From an uncultured Eubacteriales bacterium (GTDB lineage Bacteria; Acidobacteriota; Aminicenantia; Aminicenantales; Aminicenantaceae), in NCBI GenBank assembly GCA_964624145.1, contig CAZUXT010000002.1:150020-214019 (forward strand): a DNA stretch of 64,000 nucleotides, in the 5' to 3' direction. How positions within the stretch are numbered: position 1 is the stretch's first letter; the number at the start of each line of letters is the position of its first letter. Below the pieces are notes generated by a model. The model was not told the origin of the DNA. It did not search any database and worked only from the letters and a program-made list of their open reading frames with translations. The translations under genes and the position numbers were made by a program. Below, piece by piece: positions 26,616-37,010 of the stretch.

Positions 26616-28466
26616 TCACTTCTGTTTATTTTTTTTCTCTTTTTTGGCCTGAACCTGGATATAAATATGGACGTTGAGAACAGCGGCCGGCGTCATTCCT
26701 GATATTTTTTTTGCCTCTCCCAGAGTTTTTGGCTTGAACCGGCTCAATTTCTCTATCACTTCTGCTGTTAGTCCCGGGATAGACTTGAAATCCATGCCAG
26801 CGGGTATTTTTTGCTTGTCTATCTTGTTTATTTTTTGGATCTCTTTTTCTTGTTTTGTAAGATAACCCTCGTATTTGATTTCCGATTCGATATGCCTTCT
26901 TTCTTCGTCTGTCAGGCTTTCAAAACCATGAGTGCTTTGAACAATATCATTAAACTTGATTTCAGGTTTTTTTAAATACCTGTACAGGGTGATATTTTCT
27001 CCATTGTCCGATCTTATTTTTTTAGAACTCAGTATGGCCAAGGCCTTGTCCATGCGTTCTTTTTTGTCCAAATACGCTTTGTAGGCTGTATCTGTGATCG
27101 ATCCTATTTGTCTTCCGTAACCAATAAGTCTTTTATCCGCGTTGTCGATTCTTAACTGAAGCCTGTACTCTGCTCTGGATGTAAACAGTCTGTAGGGTTC
27201 CTCGACCCCTTTGGTGATAAGGTCATCGATGAGAACCCCGATATAGGCCTCGTATCTCTGAAGTATCAGAGGTTTTTTTCTTTGTATCCTCAAGGATGCA
27301 TTGATTCCTGCCATCAGTCCTTGCGCTGCCGCTTCTTCATACCCTGAGGTGCCGTTTATCTGGCCTGCCAGGTAAAGGTTTTTGATTTCTTTTGTCTCCA
27401 GGGTTGGCAGAAGTTGTGTGGGCCCGACAGCATCATACTCTATAGCATACCCCGGCCTTAAGATCACAGCTTTTTCAAGACCCGGGATGCTCTTGAGTAT
27501 TTTTTTTTGTGCCTCAAGAGGAAGGCTTGTGGCCATGCCGTTTATGTAGATCTCTGCTGTATCAATGCCTTCCGGCTCCAGAAAAAACTGGTGCCGTTTA
27601 TGGTGAGGGAACTGCACGACTTTGACTTCAACTGAGGGACAGTAACGGGGGCCGATTCCAATAATCTTCCCGCTGTACAAGGGTGACTGGTCCAGATATT
27701 CTTTGATTATTTCATGGGTTTTGGTGTTTGTGTGACCGATAAAGCACTTGACTCTGTTTTTAAGCTTCTTTTTTGTCCTGAAAGAAAAAGGCACTGGTTT
27801 TTTATCCCCTGGTTGGGCTTTGAATTTGTCCCATTCTATGGAGTCTCTGTGAAGGCGCATGGGAGTGCCTGTTTTAAGCCTGAAGGTTTTAAGCCCTATT
27901 CCTCTTAAATTCTCTGCTAATCCATGCGAAGCCGGCTCATTGGCTCTTCCGGACGGGTAATGGTTGAGACCGATATGAATGAGTCCGTTTAAAAATGTCC
28001 CGGGTGTCAGAATGACACAATCAGCCTTTATGGTGTTTCCTTCTTTTGTGCTCACTCCATAGGCTTTGTTTTTTTTGACAAGAACCTCATGGGTGATCCC
28101 CTGAAAAAGGGATAAGTTTTTCGTGTTTTCGAGCCAGGTTTTCATTGTGTTCCTGTAGAGGGCTTTATCAGACTGAGCCCTGGGAGCCTGAACAGCTCCT
28201 CCTCTGCTTCTGTTCAGCAGCCTGAACTGTATGCCTGTCTCGTCCGCCAAAAGGCCCATTATGCCCCCAAGGGCATCGATCTCTCTTACCAGATGACCTT
28301 TGGCCAGGCCCCCTATAGCGGGATTACAGGACATCTGGGCGATGGTTTCAAGGTTTATGGTGACCAGGCAGGTTTTCATGCCCATACGGCTGGAAGCATG
28401 GGCTGCCTCACATCCGGCATGCCCTCCTCCGATCACGACGACGTTAAAATGATTGTTTGCGTACAT
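26616..28466 (-). CDS. mnmG: tRNA uridine 5-carboxymethylaminomethyl modification enzyme MnmG (GidA)
   Basis: 616 aa with [16 protein letters not shown] motif and full-length GidA-like sequence. Confidence 0.95.
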   Translation of the reverse strand: MYANNHFNVVVIGGGHAGCEAAHASSRMGMKTCLVTINLETIAQMSCNPAIGGLAKGHLVREIDALGGIMGLLADETGIQFRLLNRSRGGAVQAPRAQSDKALYRNTMKTWLENTKNLSLFQGITHEVLVKKNKAYGVSTKEGNTIKADCVILTPGTFLNGLIHIGLNHYPSGRANEPASHGLAENLRGIGLKTFRLKTGTPMRLHRDSIEWDKFKAQPGDKKPVPFSFRTKKKLKNRVKCFIGHTNTKTHEIIKEYLDQSPLYSGKIIGIGPRYCPSVEVKVVQFPHHKRHQFFLEPEGIDTAEIYINGMATSLPLEAQKKILKSIPGLEKAVILRPGYAIEYDAVGPTQLLPTLETKEIKNLYLAGQINGTSGYEEAAAQGLMAGINASLRIQRKKPLILQRYEAYIGVLIDDLITKGVEEPYRLFTSRAEYRLQLRIDNADKRLIGYGRQIGSITDTAYKAYLDKKERMDKALAILSSKKIRSDNGENITLYRYLKKPEIKFNDIVQSTHGFESLTDEERRHIESEIKYEGYLTKQEKEIQKINKIDKQKIPAGMDFKSIPGLTAEVIEKLSRFKPKTLGEAKKISGMTPAAVLNVHIYIQVQAKKEKKNKQK

Positions 28467-28474
28467 GATTTTTT

Positions 28475-29836
28475 CTATTTACCAATGCAGAACCGGTTGA
28501 AAATATTTTCTATGATATCATCGCTGCGGATCTCTCCCGTCAGTTGGCTGACAAGAGGGATGGATTTGCGGACTTCTTCCGCAACTATTTCCTCAGGGTA
28601 GCCTTTATAAAGACTTTCTCGTCCTGATCTGAGGGCATCGAGGATATCTTCGAGCAGGAGTTTTTGATGGAGATGGAGGATGACTTCATCTCCCGTTTCC
28701 TTTGTTTTGACAAACTCAGAGTATAAGATTTCCTTGAGGTCATGGATATTTGTCTTCTTCAGAGCTGATATTTTTACGGATGTCAGGTTTGGAGCGGAAG
28801 ATAGGATGCTTTCCACATCCATTTTTTTTAAAAGGTCTATCTTGTTGAAGACAAGGATGGTGTGGTTTTTCCCGTATTTTTTAAGAAGAGCTCGGTCTTC
28901 CCTGGCCTCTGGCCGGGAACTGTCCAGCAGGAGAAGAATACCGTCTGCCTGGCCGGCCAGCTCTACGCTCTTTTTTATTCCCTCATTTTCAACAGGATGC
29001 TGCGGTTTTCCGTGTCCGGCCATATCAAGCAGGGTAAAGATCGAGTCCTTTATTTTTATTTTTTCTGACAGGTAATCCCTGGTTGTTCCCGGGTAAGGCG
29101 TGACAATCGCTCTTTTTTTCTCAAGAAGGGTGTTGAAAAGAGTGGATTTTCCCACATTGGTTTTTCCCACTATGGCTATTTTTAACCCTTCGGATAAAGA
29201 TTTACCCAGGTCATAGCTTTTGATGAGTTGTTCCACGGTTTCAATGGTCTTTTCCAGAGAATCGGCTATGGTTTTTTGAGGAAGGTTTAGATTTTCGTCT
29301 GGGAATTCTAAACGGGCCTCAATCGTAGAGAGAGTATCTATGAGCCTGTTTCTCAGTGTCTTTATTTTTTCTGACAGGCTTCCGCTCATCTGTTTGTAAG
29401 ATATTTTAGCCTGTTTCAAAGATGAAGCGCGTATAAGGTCATTAACAGCCTCGGCCTGTATGATATCGATCCGTCCATTGATATACGCTCGTAAGGTGAA
29501 TTCTCCGGGTTGGGCATGCCTGGCTCCCTGTTTGATTCCCAGTCTTACGATTTCCTCAAGAATGACAGGACTTCCATGGCAGCTGATTTCTATGACATCT
29601 TCTTTGGTATAGGAGTTTGGTGAGGGGAAATAGGTCAGAAAAGCTTCCTCAAAAGGTTCGTTTTTTTCTGGATTGAAAAGGATTCCTAAGAGAACAGATC
29701 TTGGTTTGATGGGCCCCTTTTTTGGTTTGAAGAGAGTTTTTGCGATTTTTAATGAATATTTACCGCTCAGCCGGACTATTCCAATCCCTCCGAATTCAAA
29801 TGGTGTTGATATGGCTATGATTGTATCGTCGAGCAT
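28475..29836 (-). CDS. mnmE: tRNA modification GTPase MnmE (TrmE)
   Basis: 453 aa with G-domain [13 protein letters not shown]-like LDMAG, NKID, and the C-terminal CIGK motif. Confidence 0.95.
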   Translation of the reverse strand: MLDDTIIAISTPFEFGGIGIVRLSGKYSLKIAKTLFKPKKGPIKPRSVLLGILFNPEKNEPFEEAFLTYFPSPNSYTKEDVIEISCHGSPVILEEIVRLGIKQGARHAQPGEFTLRAYINGRIDIIQAEAVNDLIRASSLKQAKISYKQMSGSLSEKIKTLRNRLIDTLSTIEARLEFPDENLNLPQKTIADSLEKTIETVEQLIKSYDLGKSLSEGLKIAIVGKTNVGKSTLFNTLLEKKRAIVTPYPGTTRDYLSEKIKIKDSIFTLLDMAGHGKPQHPVENEGIKKSVELAGQADGILLLLDSSRPEAREDRALLKKYGKNHTILVFNKIDLLKKMDVESILSSAPNLTSVKISALKKTNIHDLKEILYSEFVKTKETGDEVILHLHQKLLLEDILDALRSGRESLYKGYPEEIVAEEVRKSIPLVSQLTGEIRSDDIIENIFNRFCIGK

Positions 29837-29916
29837 TCTTTTATTTTAGAACGGAAAGGAGAAACATTCAAATGAAAGATACTGAGGAGCTGGTTATGGA
29901 TACATCTGGGAAAAAG

Positions 29917-30540
29917 TTATTGTTTTTTTTGATAGACTTTTACTTTTTTCATAAACCCATTGCCCAGGCTTTCAGTAGAAAGACCCTGGATCTGGTTCAC
30001 TGTTATATGGACGAGCCTTCTCTTATAGGGATTCATAGGCTCCAGTATCTCATTTTTCCCTGATTCCTTAACCTTGCGGGCCACATGGTGGACATAATCT
30101 TTGAGCTCTCTTTCTTTTCTCTTTTTGTAGTGGTCGCAGTCAGTTTGCACTTTCTCCGGAGATACTTTGTTAAGGATATGCTGGAAAGCCAGTAAAAGGG
30201 AACCGTCTTTTTGAAGAAGAAAATGTTTATCCGGTCCCTCAAAAATGAAATACCTGATGTTGTTTTTTTTCTGTGCCTTATATGTGATATCCAGGGGAAG
30301 ATGTGACAGCATGTTATTAAGAAACTCGTCTATTGGCATATCGCCTTCCTGTGTTTTTGGCCAGGCTCTTATGACGATTTCCTTGGTTTTTATTCCGAAT
30401 AGTTTTGTTTTTTCAGCCACTATTTCATAATTGAATTTGGAACGGGGGATTTTAAGCACATGTTCGGTATGGCTTATGACATCTTCAAGATTTCTTCCTT
30501 TAAATTCTTTTTTATGGTTATTTTTTTCTTCTTTTGACAT
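29917..30540 (-). CDS. Jag/KhpB RNA-binding protein (KH plus R3H domains)
   Basis: 207 aa. C-terminal R3H-like EPMNPYKRRLVHITV, and a conserved position directly after yidC. Confidence 0.8.
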   Translation of the reverse strand: MSKEEKNNHKKEFKGRNLEDVISHTEHVLKIPRSKFNYEIVAEKTKLFGIKTKEIVIRAWPKTQEGDMPIDEFLNNMLSHLPLDITYKAQKKNNIRYFIFEGPDKHFLLQKDGSLLLAFQHILNKVSPEKVQTDCDHYKKRKERELKDYVHHVARKVKESGKNEILEPMNPYKRRLVHITVNQIQGLSTESLGNGFMKKVKVYQKKQ

Positions 30541-32155
30541 GTGATTCCTTCTTTTGCATGATTCTGTTCGTTATATATTGCTGTCCTATTTGAAGGATAT
30601 TATTGGTCAGCCAGTAAAGGACAAGGCCGCTCTGGAAATTCATGAAAAATATGGTCATTATGACCGGCATGATGAGCATCATTCTTTTTTGGGTCGCATC
30701 TCCGGCGGATGGAGTCATTTTTTGGTTTATGAACTGTGTTATCCCCATGAGAATGGGAGTGATATAATACGGGTCCTTGACTGACAGGTCCTGGATCCAA
30801 AAAATAAAAGGACTGTGTCTGAACTCTATAGCAACGACCAGAAGACGGAAAAATCCCCAAAAAATAGGGAGCTGTATCAGTATTGGCAGGCATCCCCCCG
30901 CAGGATTGACGCCGTGTTCCTTATAGAGTTTCATGGTCTCTTCATTGAGTTTCCTCCTCTGCTCCATGTCCTGCTTGGCTTTTTTGTATTTAGATTTGAG
31001 AGCTTTTATTTTTGGCTGGAGTTCCTGCATCTTGGCCATGGATTTCGTACTACTGAATGTGAGAGGGAAAAAAAGGATTTTTATCACGAGAGTGAGTATG
31101 ATGATGCAGAATCCCCAGTTCGGGATGGCCTGGTGAACGATTTTTATGGCTCTGTACAGAATTTCTGATATAAAACCGAACAAACCAAATTTGATCAATT
31201 TTTTCGCATCACTCCCCATTTCTGAGAGAATGTCATATTTTTTGGGCCCTATATAGGCTTTATTAACGTGGTTCACTAAAAGGAAAAAAGAGGAGCTTTC
31301 ATTGATGTTCTGTTTCAGGAAAGCTGCGCTTGCCTTCTGAGGGGATGTGATAAAAAGCACTGTGAAATACTGACTTTCGTATCCGGCCCATTGAACAAAG
31401 TTATACGTGTTTTTTTCCGCATCAAATTTAGCTTCGGAGTGGCGGCTCACTTTTCCTCCGGAATACACAGCCACTCCGGTTGGCTGGCCGAATCTGTTTT
31501 GTTTGGACTGGACCGGCATGTTGGCGAATGAAGGACCCCAGACAATGTCGGGTTCGATCTCCTGGTTGTTTTTCCAGAGGGTTGTCCGGATATCTATCTC
31601 ATATGTTCCGTCATAGAACGTAAAAATCTTTTCGACTTTGTTGCCTTGTTCGTCAGCATACGTGAATAACAATTCCTTAGACTCTCCATTATTGAGATCG
31701 ATCTGAGTGGAAGAGGTTTTGAACAAAGCCTTGTTGATAGAATCATTAAAGTCAGGATCTTCTGTGTTTAGGGAAAAAGGGTATTCATTAAGATCTTCTG
31801 ACGAACGGGGGACCAGCTCCATCTGTTCGCCTTCATCGTCTTGATATTCCGTTAAGGTCCATTTTTTAAGGACCGCTCCCCTGCTGCTCCATTCGGCGGT
31901 GTAGAGAGAAGTCTGGACCGTCACTTTTTGTTCCCTTTCGCCTGCAACAGGCCTGATTTCTTCTTTCTCTTCAGGCTCAGGTTCCTGGACTACCGTCTCT
32001 TCCGGCTGTGCTTTTTTCAAAACAGGCTCTGTTTGGGTTGTTGGTTGCTGGGGAATGGTTGTTTGGGGTTCTTTTTTGACAAACAGAGCTTGATAGAGAA
32101 ATATGATGAGAAATGAGATAACAATGGCGATCAATAGTCTTTTTTCTGTACTCAT
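30518..32155 (-). CDS. yidC: Membrane protein insertase YidC
   Basis: 545 aa. N-terminal TM, a large periplasmic domain, and a C-terminal 5-TM core with GCLPILIQLPIF. Confidence 0.9.
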   Translation of the reverse strand: MSTEKRLLIAIVISFLIIFLYQALFVKKEPQTTIPQQPTTQTEPVLKKAQPEETVVQEPEPEEKEEIRPVAGEREQKVTVQTSLYTAEWSSRGAVLKKWTLTEYQDDEGEQMELVPRSSEDLNEYPFSLNTEDPDFNDSINKALFKTSSTQIDLNNGESKELLFTYADEQGNKVEKIFTFYDGTYEIDIRTTLWKNNQEIEPDIVWGPSFANMPVQSKQNRFGQPTGVAVYSGGKVSRHSEAKFDAEKNTYNFVQWAGYESQYFTVLFITSPQKASAAFLKQNINESSSFFLLVNHVNKAYIGPKKYDILSEMGSDAKKLIKFGLFGFISEILYRAIKIVHQAIPNWGFCIIILTLVIKILFFPLTFSSTKSMAKMQELQPKIKALKSKYKKAKQDMEQRRKLNEETMKLYKEHGVNPAGGCLPILIQLPIFWGFFRLLVVAIEFRHSPFIFWIQDLSVKDPYYITPILMGITQFINQKMTPSAGDATQKRMMLIMPVIMTIFFMNFQSGLVLYWLTNNILQIGQQYITNRIMQKKESHVKRRKK

Positions 32156-32167
32156 AGTTGCATCCTT

Positions 32168-32380
32168 TTATGGGACTGGATCGACTCCTCCTGTATGAAA
32201 TGGATGACATTTAAGGAGTCTTTTGATACCTAAAAAAATGCCTTTTGTCAGTCCGTATTTTTCAATAGCCTGGTAAGCGTACACAGAGCAGGTCGGGTAA
32301 AACCGGCAGTTATTTCCTAATAACGGAGAAATATAATGTTTGTATTTCCTAAGAACAAACAGTATCGCTTTTTTCATCAC
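32168..32380 (-). CDS. yidD: Membrane protein insertion efficiency factor YidD
   Basis: 70 aa with the [11 protein letters not shown] motif. Confidence 0.9.
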   Translation of the reverse strand: MMKKAILFVLRKYKHYISPLLGNNCRFYPTCSVYAYQAIEKYGLTKGIFLGIKRLLKCHPFHTGGVDPVP

Positions 32381-32730
32381 TTTGACTGCTTCTGATTTAT
32401 GTACTCTATGGCTTTGATATAATCTTTCTGAAGATTCTTCCAGGGAGCCTTAATAATATTTTCTTTTGCGATGAAGACAAGGTCTGTGGAATCTTTCAAT
32501 AAATTTTTTTTCCTCCTGTAAAGAGCTCTTATCCATCTTTTGGCCTTATTTCTCTTAACAGCATTTCCGATTTTTTTCCCGGCGACGACTGCCAGTCTTG
32601 ATTGTCTGCCACCATTTGGGAGGTAGATGATGATGAAGTATTTACCTCTATATCGGTTTCCTTTCTTATATATTAATGAAAACTCCCTTTTTTTTCTTAT
32701 CCTTTCTTTTGGAGTAATAGATTCATTCAT
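32377..32730 (-). CDS. rnpA: Ribonuclease P protein component
   Basis: 117 aa and basic, with the RNR-like motif [17 protein letters not shown]. Position between rpmH and yidD. Confidence 0.9.
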   Translation of the reverse strand: MNESITPKERIRKKREFSLIYKKGNRYRGKYFIIIYLPNGGRQSRLAVVAGKKIGNAVKRNKAKRWIRALYRRKKNLLKDSTDLVFIAKENIIKAPWKNLQKDYIKAIEYINQKQSK

Positions 32731-32864
32731 TAAACGGAAAGTTTTTTTCTGCCTTTTTTCCGTCTGTTTTTTATGACGCTACGTCCGCCTTTTTTCTTCA
32801 TCCGGGTAAGGAATCCGTGATTTTTTTTTCTTTTTCTGTTGTTAGGCTGATATGTTCTCTTCAT
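32730..32864 (-). CDS. rpmH: 50S ribosomal protein L34 (absent from the ORF track because it is under 60 aa)
   Basis: My own translation of the minus strand gives [44 protein letters not shown] (44 aa). Its stop overlaps the rnpA ATG by 1 nt (TAATG). Confidence 0.9.
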   Translation of the reverse strand: MKRTYQPNNRKRKKNHGFLTRMKKKGGRSVIKNRRKKGRKKLSV

Positions 32865-33052
32865 CTTCTTTGTCTTTTTTTCGAATTGGTTTGGATAAGT
32901 ATGTTAATAAACAATACTCTGTCTGTCAAGCCCGTTTTGGTCTTGTGTGCGTTCTTAATCCTTACACCATGGCCTTTTTCTTCGTAATAATCCGGCTTAT
33001 TTGTTTTTTTATTTGACTTGGAGCCTTGAGTCTATTATAATTTTTTTTACAT

Positions 33053-33571
33053 ATGGACTACCTATCGGTCGGAGATAAGGTCATATATCCCAACCAAGGA
33101 ATTGGGATTATTGAAGATATCCAGAAGCAGGATTTATACGGGTTTAAGTCAAGGGTTTGCAGTCTAAGGATTGTTTCCAACGATACTCTCGTTCTTATCC
33201 CTTTTTCAAGCGTGAGAGAAATGGGGATAAGAAAGCTGGTGAGTGAAGATAAAGTCAGAAAGATCTATGATTTTATGAGGGATGGAATCGTGGATGTGAG
33301 CAAGAACTGGAAAGGAAGACATAAGGAGCATGAAGAACTTATGAAAACAGGTTCTCTTATTGATCTTGCTTTTGTCCTGAAGAGCCTCTATTATCTCAAT
33401 CTCACGAAGCCTTTATCCTTTAGGGAAAAGAAGATGATGGAAAAAGCCAAGGCACTGCTGGTGTCTGAGATATCAGAAGTGATTGATACTCCTAAGGATG
33501 AAGTTGAAGAAAGAGTGTTTAAGAATCTGTCCCTGTGCTATAAGGATACAGCCACCCAGATAGACTCCTGA
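33053..33571 (+). CDS. carD: CarD/CdnL-family RNA polymerase-binding transcription factor
   Basis: 172 aa with an N-terminal Tudor-like GDKVIYPNQGIGIIEDI motif. Confidence 0.85.
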   Translation: MDYLSVGDKVIYPNQGIGIIEDIQKQDLYGFKSRVCSLRIVSNDTLVLIPFSSVREMGIRKLVSEDKVRKIYDFMRDGIVDVSKNWKGRHKEHEELMKTGSLIDLAFVLKSLYYLNLTKPLSFREKKMMEKAKALLVSEISEVIDTPKDEVEERVFKNLSLCYKDTATQIDS

Positions 33572-33738
33572 GTTTCAGGCTGCTGTCATCCGAGTCTCAT
33601 TACCTGAATGTACCATAAAAAATCCTGTGGCTCTCAATCTGCAAACAATCCGGATTTATTTACAATTCAACTGATTTATATTATAAATTACGGTGACAAA
33701 GGATTAATATTCCAGATAGGCATTATAGGCAGTGTGTC

Positions 33739-34194
33739 ATGAGATTGGTGGCAAAGAACAAAAAGGCCTTTTTCAATTATGATATTATTGATACTTTTGA
33801 GGCCGGGATTTCTTTGGTCGGCAGTGAGGTTAAGGCCATCAGAGAAGGAAGGATCAGTATTAAGGAAAGTTATGTTGATATCAAAGACGGAGAAGTGTTT
33901 CTTCTTAACTGCCACATCAGCCATTATGAAGCAGCCAATCGTTTCAACCATGATCCGTTGCGTGGCAGAAAGCTTCTTCTTCACAAGCGGGAAATAAAGC
34001 GTCTTATTGGCAAGATCAGGCAAAAAGGATTGACAATCATTCCCACTAAAGTGGTGATTAATGATAAAGGATTTGTTAAAGTGGAGATATCACTGGCTAG
34101 AGGCAAAAAGGTTTATGAAAAAAGAGAAGCGATCAAAGAAAGGGAACAGGAAAGAGACTTGAGAGCGGAATTGAAAAGACACCGAAAAGGATAA
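33739..34194 (+). CDS. smpB: SsrA-binding protein SmpB
   Basis: 151 aa with KNKKAFFNYDI..EAGISLVGSEVKAIREGR and a basic C-terminal tail. Confidence 0.95.
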   Translation: MRLVAKNKKAFFNYDIIDTFEAGISLVGSEVKAIREGRISIKESYVDIKDGEVFLLNCHISHYEAANRFNHDPLRGRKLLLHKREIKRLIGKIRQKGLTIIPTKVVINDKGFVKVEISLARGKKVYEKREAIKEREQERDLRAELKRHRKG

Positions 34195-34218
34195 AATATT
34201 TTATTTGAAGAGGGAAAA

Positions 34219-35424
34219 ATGGTTCATATGAAAAAAAAGAAAGGGGTCATAGGAATTCTCACTGGCGGAGGCGATGTGCCTGGATTGAATCCAGCCATAA
34301 GAGCGATCACCATAAGAGCTCTTCGTGAGGGGTATGAAGTCGTGGGCATACGCAGAGGGTGGGCCGGTTTGTTAGATATGGACAGGGATGATAAAGAGTC
34401 GCAAAGTCATCATTATCAATTACTTACAGAAGACATAGTGAACAAAGCAGGGCGTACGGGCGGAACTTTTCTGCATACTTCGAGAACCCGGCCGAGTCAT
34501 GTCCCTGATGTCAATGTCCCAGTTTTTTTAAAGGATAAGTACAATAAAAAGACAAATGACCTCACTAAAGAAGTGCTGAAAAATCTGGATTATCTTGGGA
34601 TTGATTATCTCATCCCTGTGGGAGGAGATGATACATTGAGTTATGCTGTCAGACTGCATCACGAAGGAGTCAAGATTATCGGGATCCCGAAGACCATGGA
34701 TAATGATGTCCCGGGGACCGACTACTGCATTGGATTCAGCACCTGTGTGACCCGTATCATTAGTTTGACTCATTCTCTGAGAACCACTGCCGGCTCTCAT
34801 GAGAGATTTTTAGTGATAGAGGTTTTCGGAAGATATGCGGGGTATACAGCCCTGATTCCCACTATGGCGGGCGCTGCAAACAGATGTGTGATTCCCGAAT
34901 ATAAATTTAAGATTGAGAACCTGTGTGGATTACTCGCACAGGACCGCTTGACAAATCCCAGCAAATACTCAGTGGTTCTGGTTTCTGAAGGTGCTGTCTT
35001 TGAAGGGGAAGAAATGATATTTGAGAGTGATGAAAAAGATATGTTCGGGCATAAAAAATTGGGGGGCGTCGGAGACCTGATTTCGAACCAGCTAAAAGAA
35101 ATATCTCCCCAGTACAATAACGGGAGAAGAATCAACGTCATAAACCAGCGTTTGAGTTATTTGGTGAGATGCGGTGATCCCGATGCTATTGATTCGATCG
35201 TACCCATGGCCTTCGGGAATTTAGCTTTGGACCTCATTCTTGAGAAGGCCTCGGGCAGGATGGTTTCTTTAAGAAACGGGCAGTATGATAATGTTCCGAT
35301 TGAAGTGGTCTCAAGTACAAAGAAAACAGTGGATGTCAATAAATATTACAATACGGGAAGGCTGAGGCCTTATTATAAGAGTTTTAATTACAAGCCTTTG
35401 TTTATCATGACCAGCGACTACTGA
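34219..35424 (+). CDS. pfp: 6-phosphofructokinase, predicted PPi-dependent type
   Basis: 401 aa with GILTGGGDVPGLN, VGGDDTLSYA (Asp at the E. coli PfkA Gly104 position) and IPKTMDNDV (Lys at the Gly124 position). Confidence 0.8.
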   Translation: MVHMKKKKGVIGILTGGGDVPGLNPAIRAITIRALREGYEVVGIRRGWAGLLDMDRDDKESQSHHYQLLTEDIVNKAGRTGGTFLHTSRTRPSHVPDVNVPVFLKDKYNKKTNDLTKEVLKNLDYLGIDYLIPVGGDDTLSYAVRLHHEGVKIIGIPKTMDNDVPGTDYCIGFSTCVTRIISLTHSLRTTAGSHERFLVIEVFGRYAGYTALIPTMAGAANRCVIPEYKFKIENLCGLLAQDRLTNPSKYSVVLVSEGAVFEGEEMIFESDEKDMFGHKKLGGVGDLISNQLKEISPQYNNGRRINVINQRLSYLVRCGDPDAIDSIVPMAFGNLALDLILEKASGRMVSLRNGQYDNVPIEVVSSTKKTVDVNKYYNTGRLRPYYKSFNYKPLFIMTSDY

Positions 35425-35438
35425 CTTTATTCATAAAA

Positions 35439-36422
35439 TCAGCTTTTTTGATTGTGCGCAAGCCGGGCCGCTAATTTTATGGCCTCGTACATGCTGGTCG
35501 GATCAGCTGTCCCTTTTCCGGCGATATCAAACGCTGTCCCATGGTCGGGAGAGGTCCGAATAAAAGGAAGGCCGAGAGTCACATTGACTCCTTCGTTGAA
35601 TGAGACAAGTTTGAAGGCAATGAGACCCTGGTCATGATAGAGAGAGGCCACGATTTTTTTGCTTTCTTTATAAGCTTTGTTAAAGACAGTATCAGGGGGA
35701 AAGGGGCCGCTTATGTTCACCCCTTTTTCTTGAGCTTCTTTGACAGCAGAAATGATTTCATCGATCTCTTCGCGTCCCATTATTCCTCCCTCTCCCGCAT
35801 GGGGATTTATGCCCGGAACAAGAAGGTGGAATTTTCGGTTAAATGCCTTTTGGGTGAAAGTATCTAATCTTAAGAAAAAGTGATACAGGTCTTTTTTTTT
35901 GACTTTTTGCAGGGCCTTTTTTAAAGAGATATGATGGGTGAACAAAGCGACTTTCATGTTTTTAGAGAAAAAGGACATGATTGCTTCAGGATAATTTCTG
36001 GATAGGTATTCCGTATGACCGGCCCAGTCTATACCCGCAAGTTCCCATGCCTTTTTTGATATAGGGGCCGTGACCACAGCATCAAGAGTGCCTTTTTCCG
36101 CCTTTTCAACCGCTTTTTTAAAACAATTAAATGATAATGCGCCGTTTTCTTTACAGGGATGATTTGATGGAATTGACTGTGGATGAAAGGGCATATCATA
36201 CACTGTGATTCTTGGGGATTTAAGTGTCTTTTGAGGCGTATAATCAGGAATTTTTCTATTAAAACCTACTCTCTCTATTTCTTTATCAATGATAAATCTG
36301 GGCCCGAAGAGGATGTAGTCTGCTTCCGGAAGGTTGGGGAAGGAAAAAAGGGCCTTTATGGTGACTTCAGGTCCTATCCCCCCCGGATCTCCTAAGCTGA
36401 TTCCGATTGTAGTGAGCGCCAT
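35439..36422 (-). CDS. pdxA: 4-hydroxythreonine-4-phosphate dehydrogenase
   Basis: 327 aa with GDPGGIGPEV, HTEY and NPHAGEGG motifs. Confidence 0.9.
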   Translation of the reverse strand: MALTTIGISLGDPGGIGPEVTIKALFSFPNLPEADYILFGPRFIIDKEIERVGFNRKIPDYTPQKTLKSPRITVYDMPFHPQSIPSNHPCKENGALSFNCFKKAVEKAEKGTLDAVVTAPISKKAWELAGIDWAGHTEYLSRNYPEAIMSFFSKNMKVALFTHHISLKKALQKVKKKDLYHFFLRLDTFTQKAFNRKFHLLVPGINPHAGEGGIMGREEIDEIISAVKEAQEKGVNISGPFPPDTVFNKAYKESKKIVASLYHDQGLIAFKLVSFNEGVNVTLGLPFIRTSPDHGTAFDIAGKGTADPTSMYEAIKLAARLAHNQKS

Positions 36423-36440
36423 TTTTTTCAGGGAAAAGTG

Positions 36441-36758
36441 TCAGTCCTTATTACTTTTTGATTTGGAGCTTGGCTCCAGCTTGTACAAATACTTGATATT
36501 GTTTTTAAAGACCAAAAGATTTGGAGCGTTTTTACGGTTGATTTTCAAGCAGTTATAATCGTACCATTCGATTTGGCCTTCTATTTTATCTCCATCAACG
36601 AAAACGATCCCCATAAGGGTCTTTTTATTCATCTGTTTCAAATAATAATAGTTCTCCGCATAGGTATCGTAAGATGGGTGGGGTTTTTTTTGGGATATAT
36701 TTTGTTTTTTACTCTCTTTATAATGGGAAAATTTTGGGCGTATTAATTTTCTGTTCAT
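36441..36758 (-). CDS. Divergent Hfq/Sm-like RNA-binding protein with a basic N-terminal extension
   Basis: Residues about 45-90 (IVFVDGDKIEGQIEWYDYNCLKINRKNAPNLLVFKNNIKYL) align with E. coli Hfq [40 protein letters not shown]. The shared pattern is G.K..GQIE..D then V(Y/F)K..I. Confidence 0.5.
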   Translation of the reverse strand: MNRKLIRPKFSHYKESKKQNISQKKPHPSYDTYAENYYYLKQMNKKTLMGIVFVDGDKIEGQIEWYDYNCLKINRKNAPNLLVFKNNIKYLYKLEPSSKSKSNKD

Positions 36759-37010
36759 GTTATTCTCCGAGAAGCGGATTTTGCTAGAAGTACCTGATAC
36801 TTATTTGTTTACAATTATAGCACTCCCTCCGAATTATTTCAATGACCCCGGGTTCGCAGGGAAGACAAAAAAAATCAGAAGGACACTATTGAAGGCAAGA
36901 ACTTTTACTGATTTTCATTCGTATATTATAATAACAGAGAAGAACTTAACCAGCTTGGATGATGAACAAGTCGAGGTTGAAGAGACCAGGCCGGTCATAA
37001 GGAAGGAAAG

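Noticed and set aside
32865-33052. oriC in the rpmH-carD divergent spacer.
   Set aside because: There is only one 8/9 match to the DnaA box (TTATCCAAA). The other candidates are 6/9 or worse. There is no box cluster and no adjacent dnaA.
33572-33738. tmRNA (ssrA) next to smpB.
   Set aside because: The spacer is only 167 bp, with no tRNA-like acceptor/T-arm ends and no tag reading frame. It is too short for the ~350-nt tmRNA.
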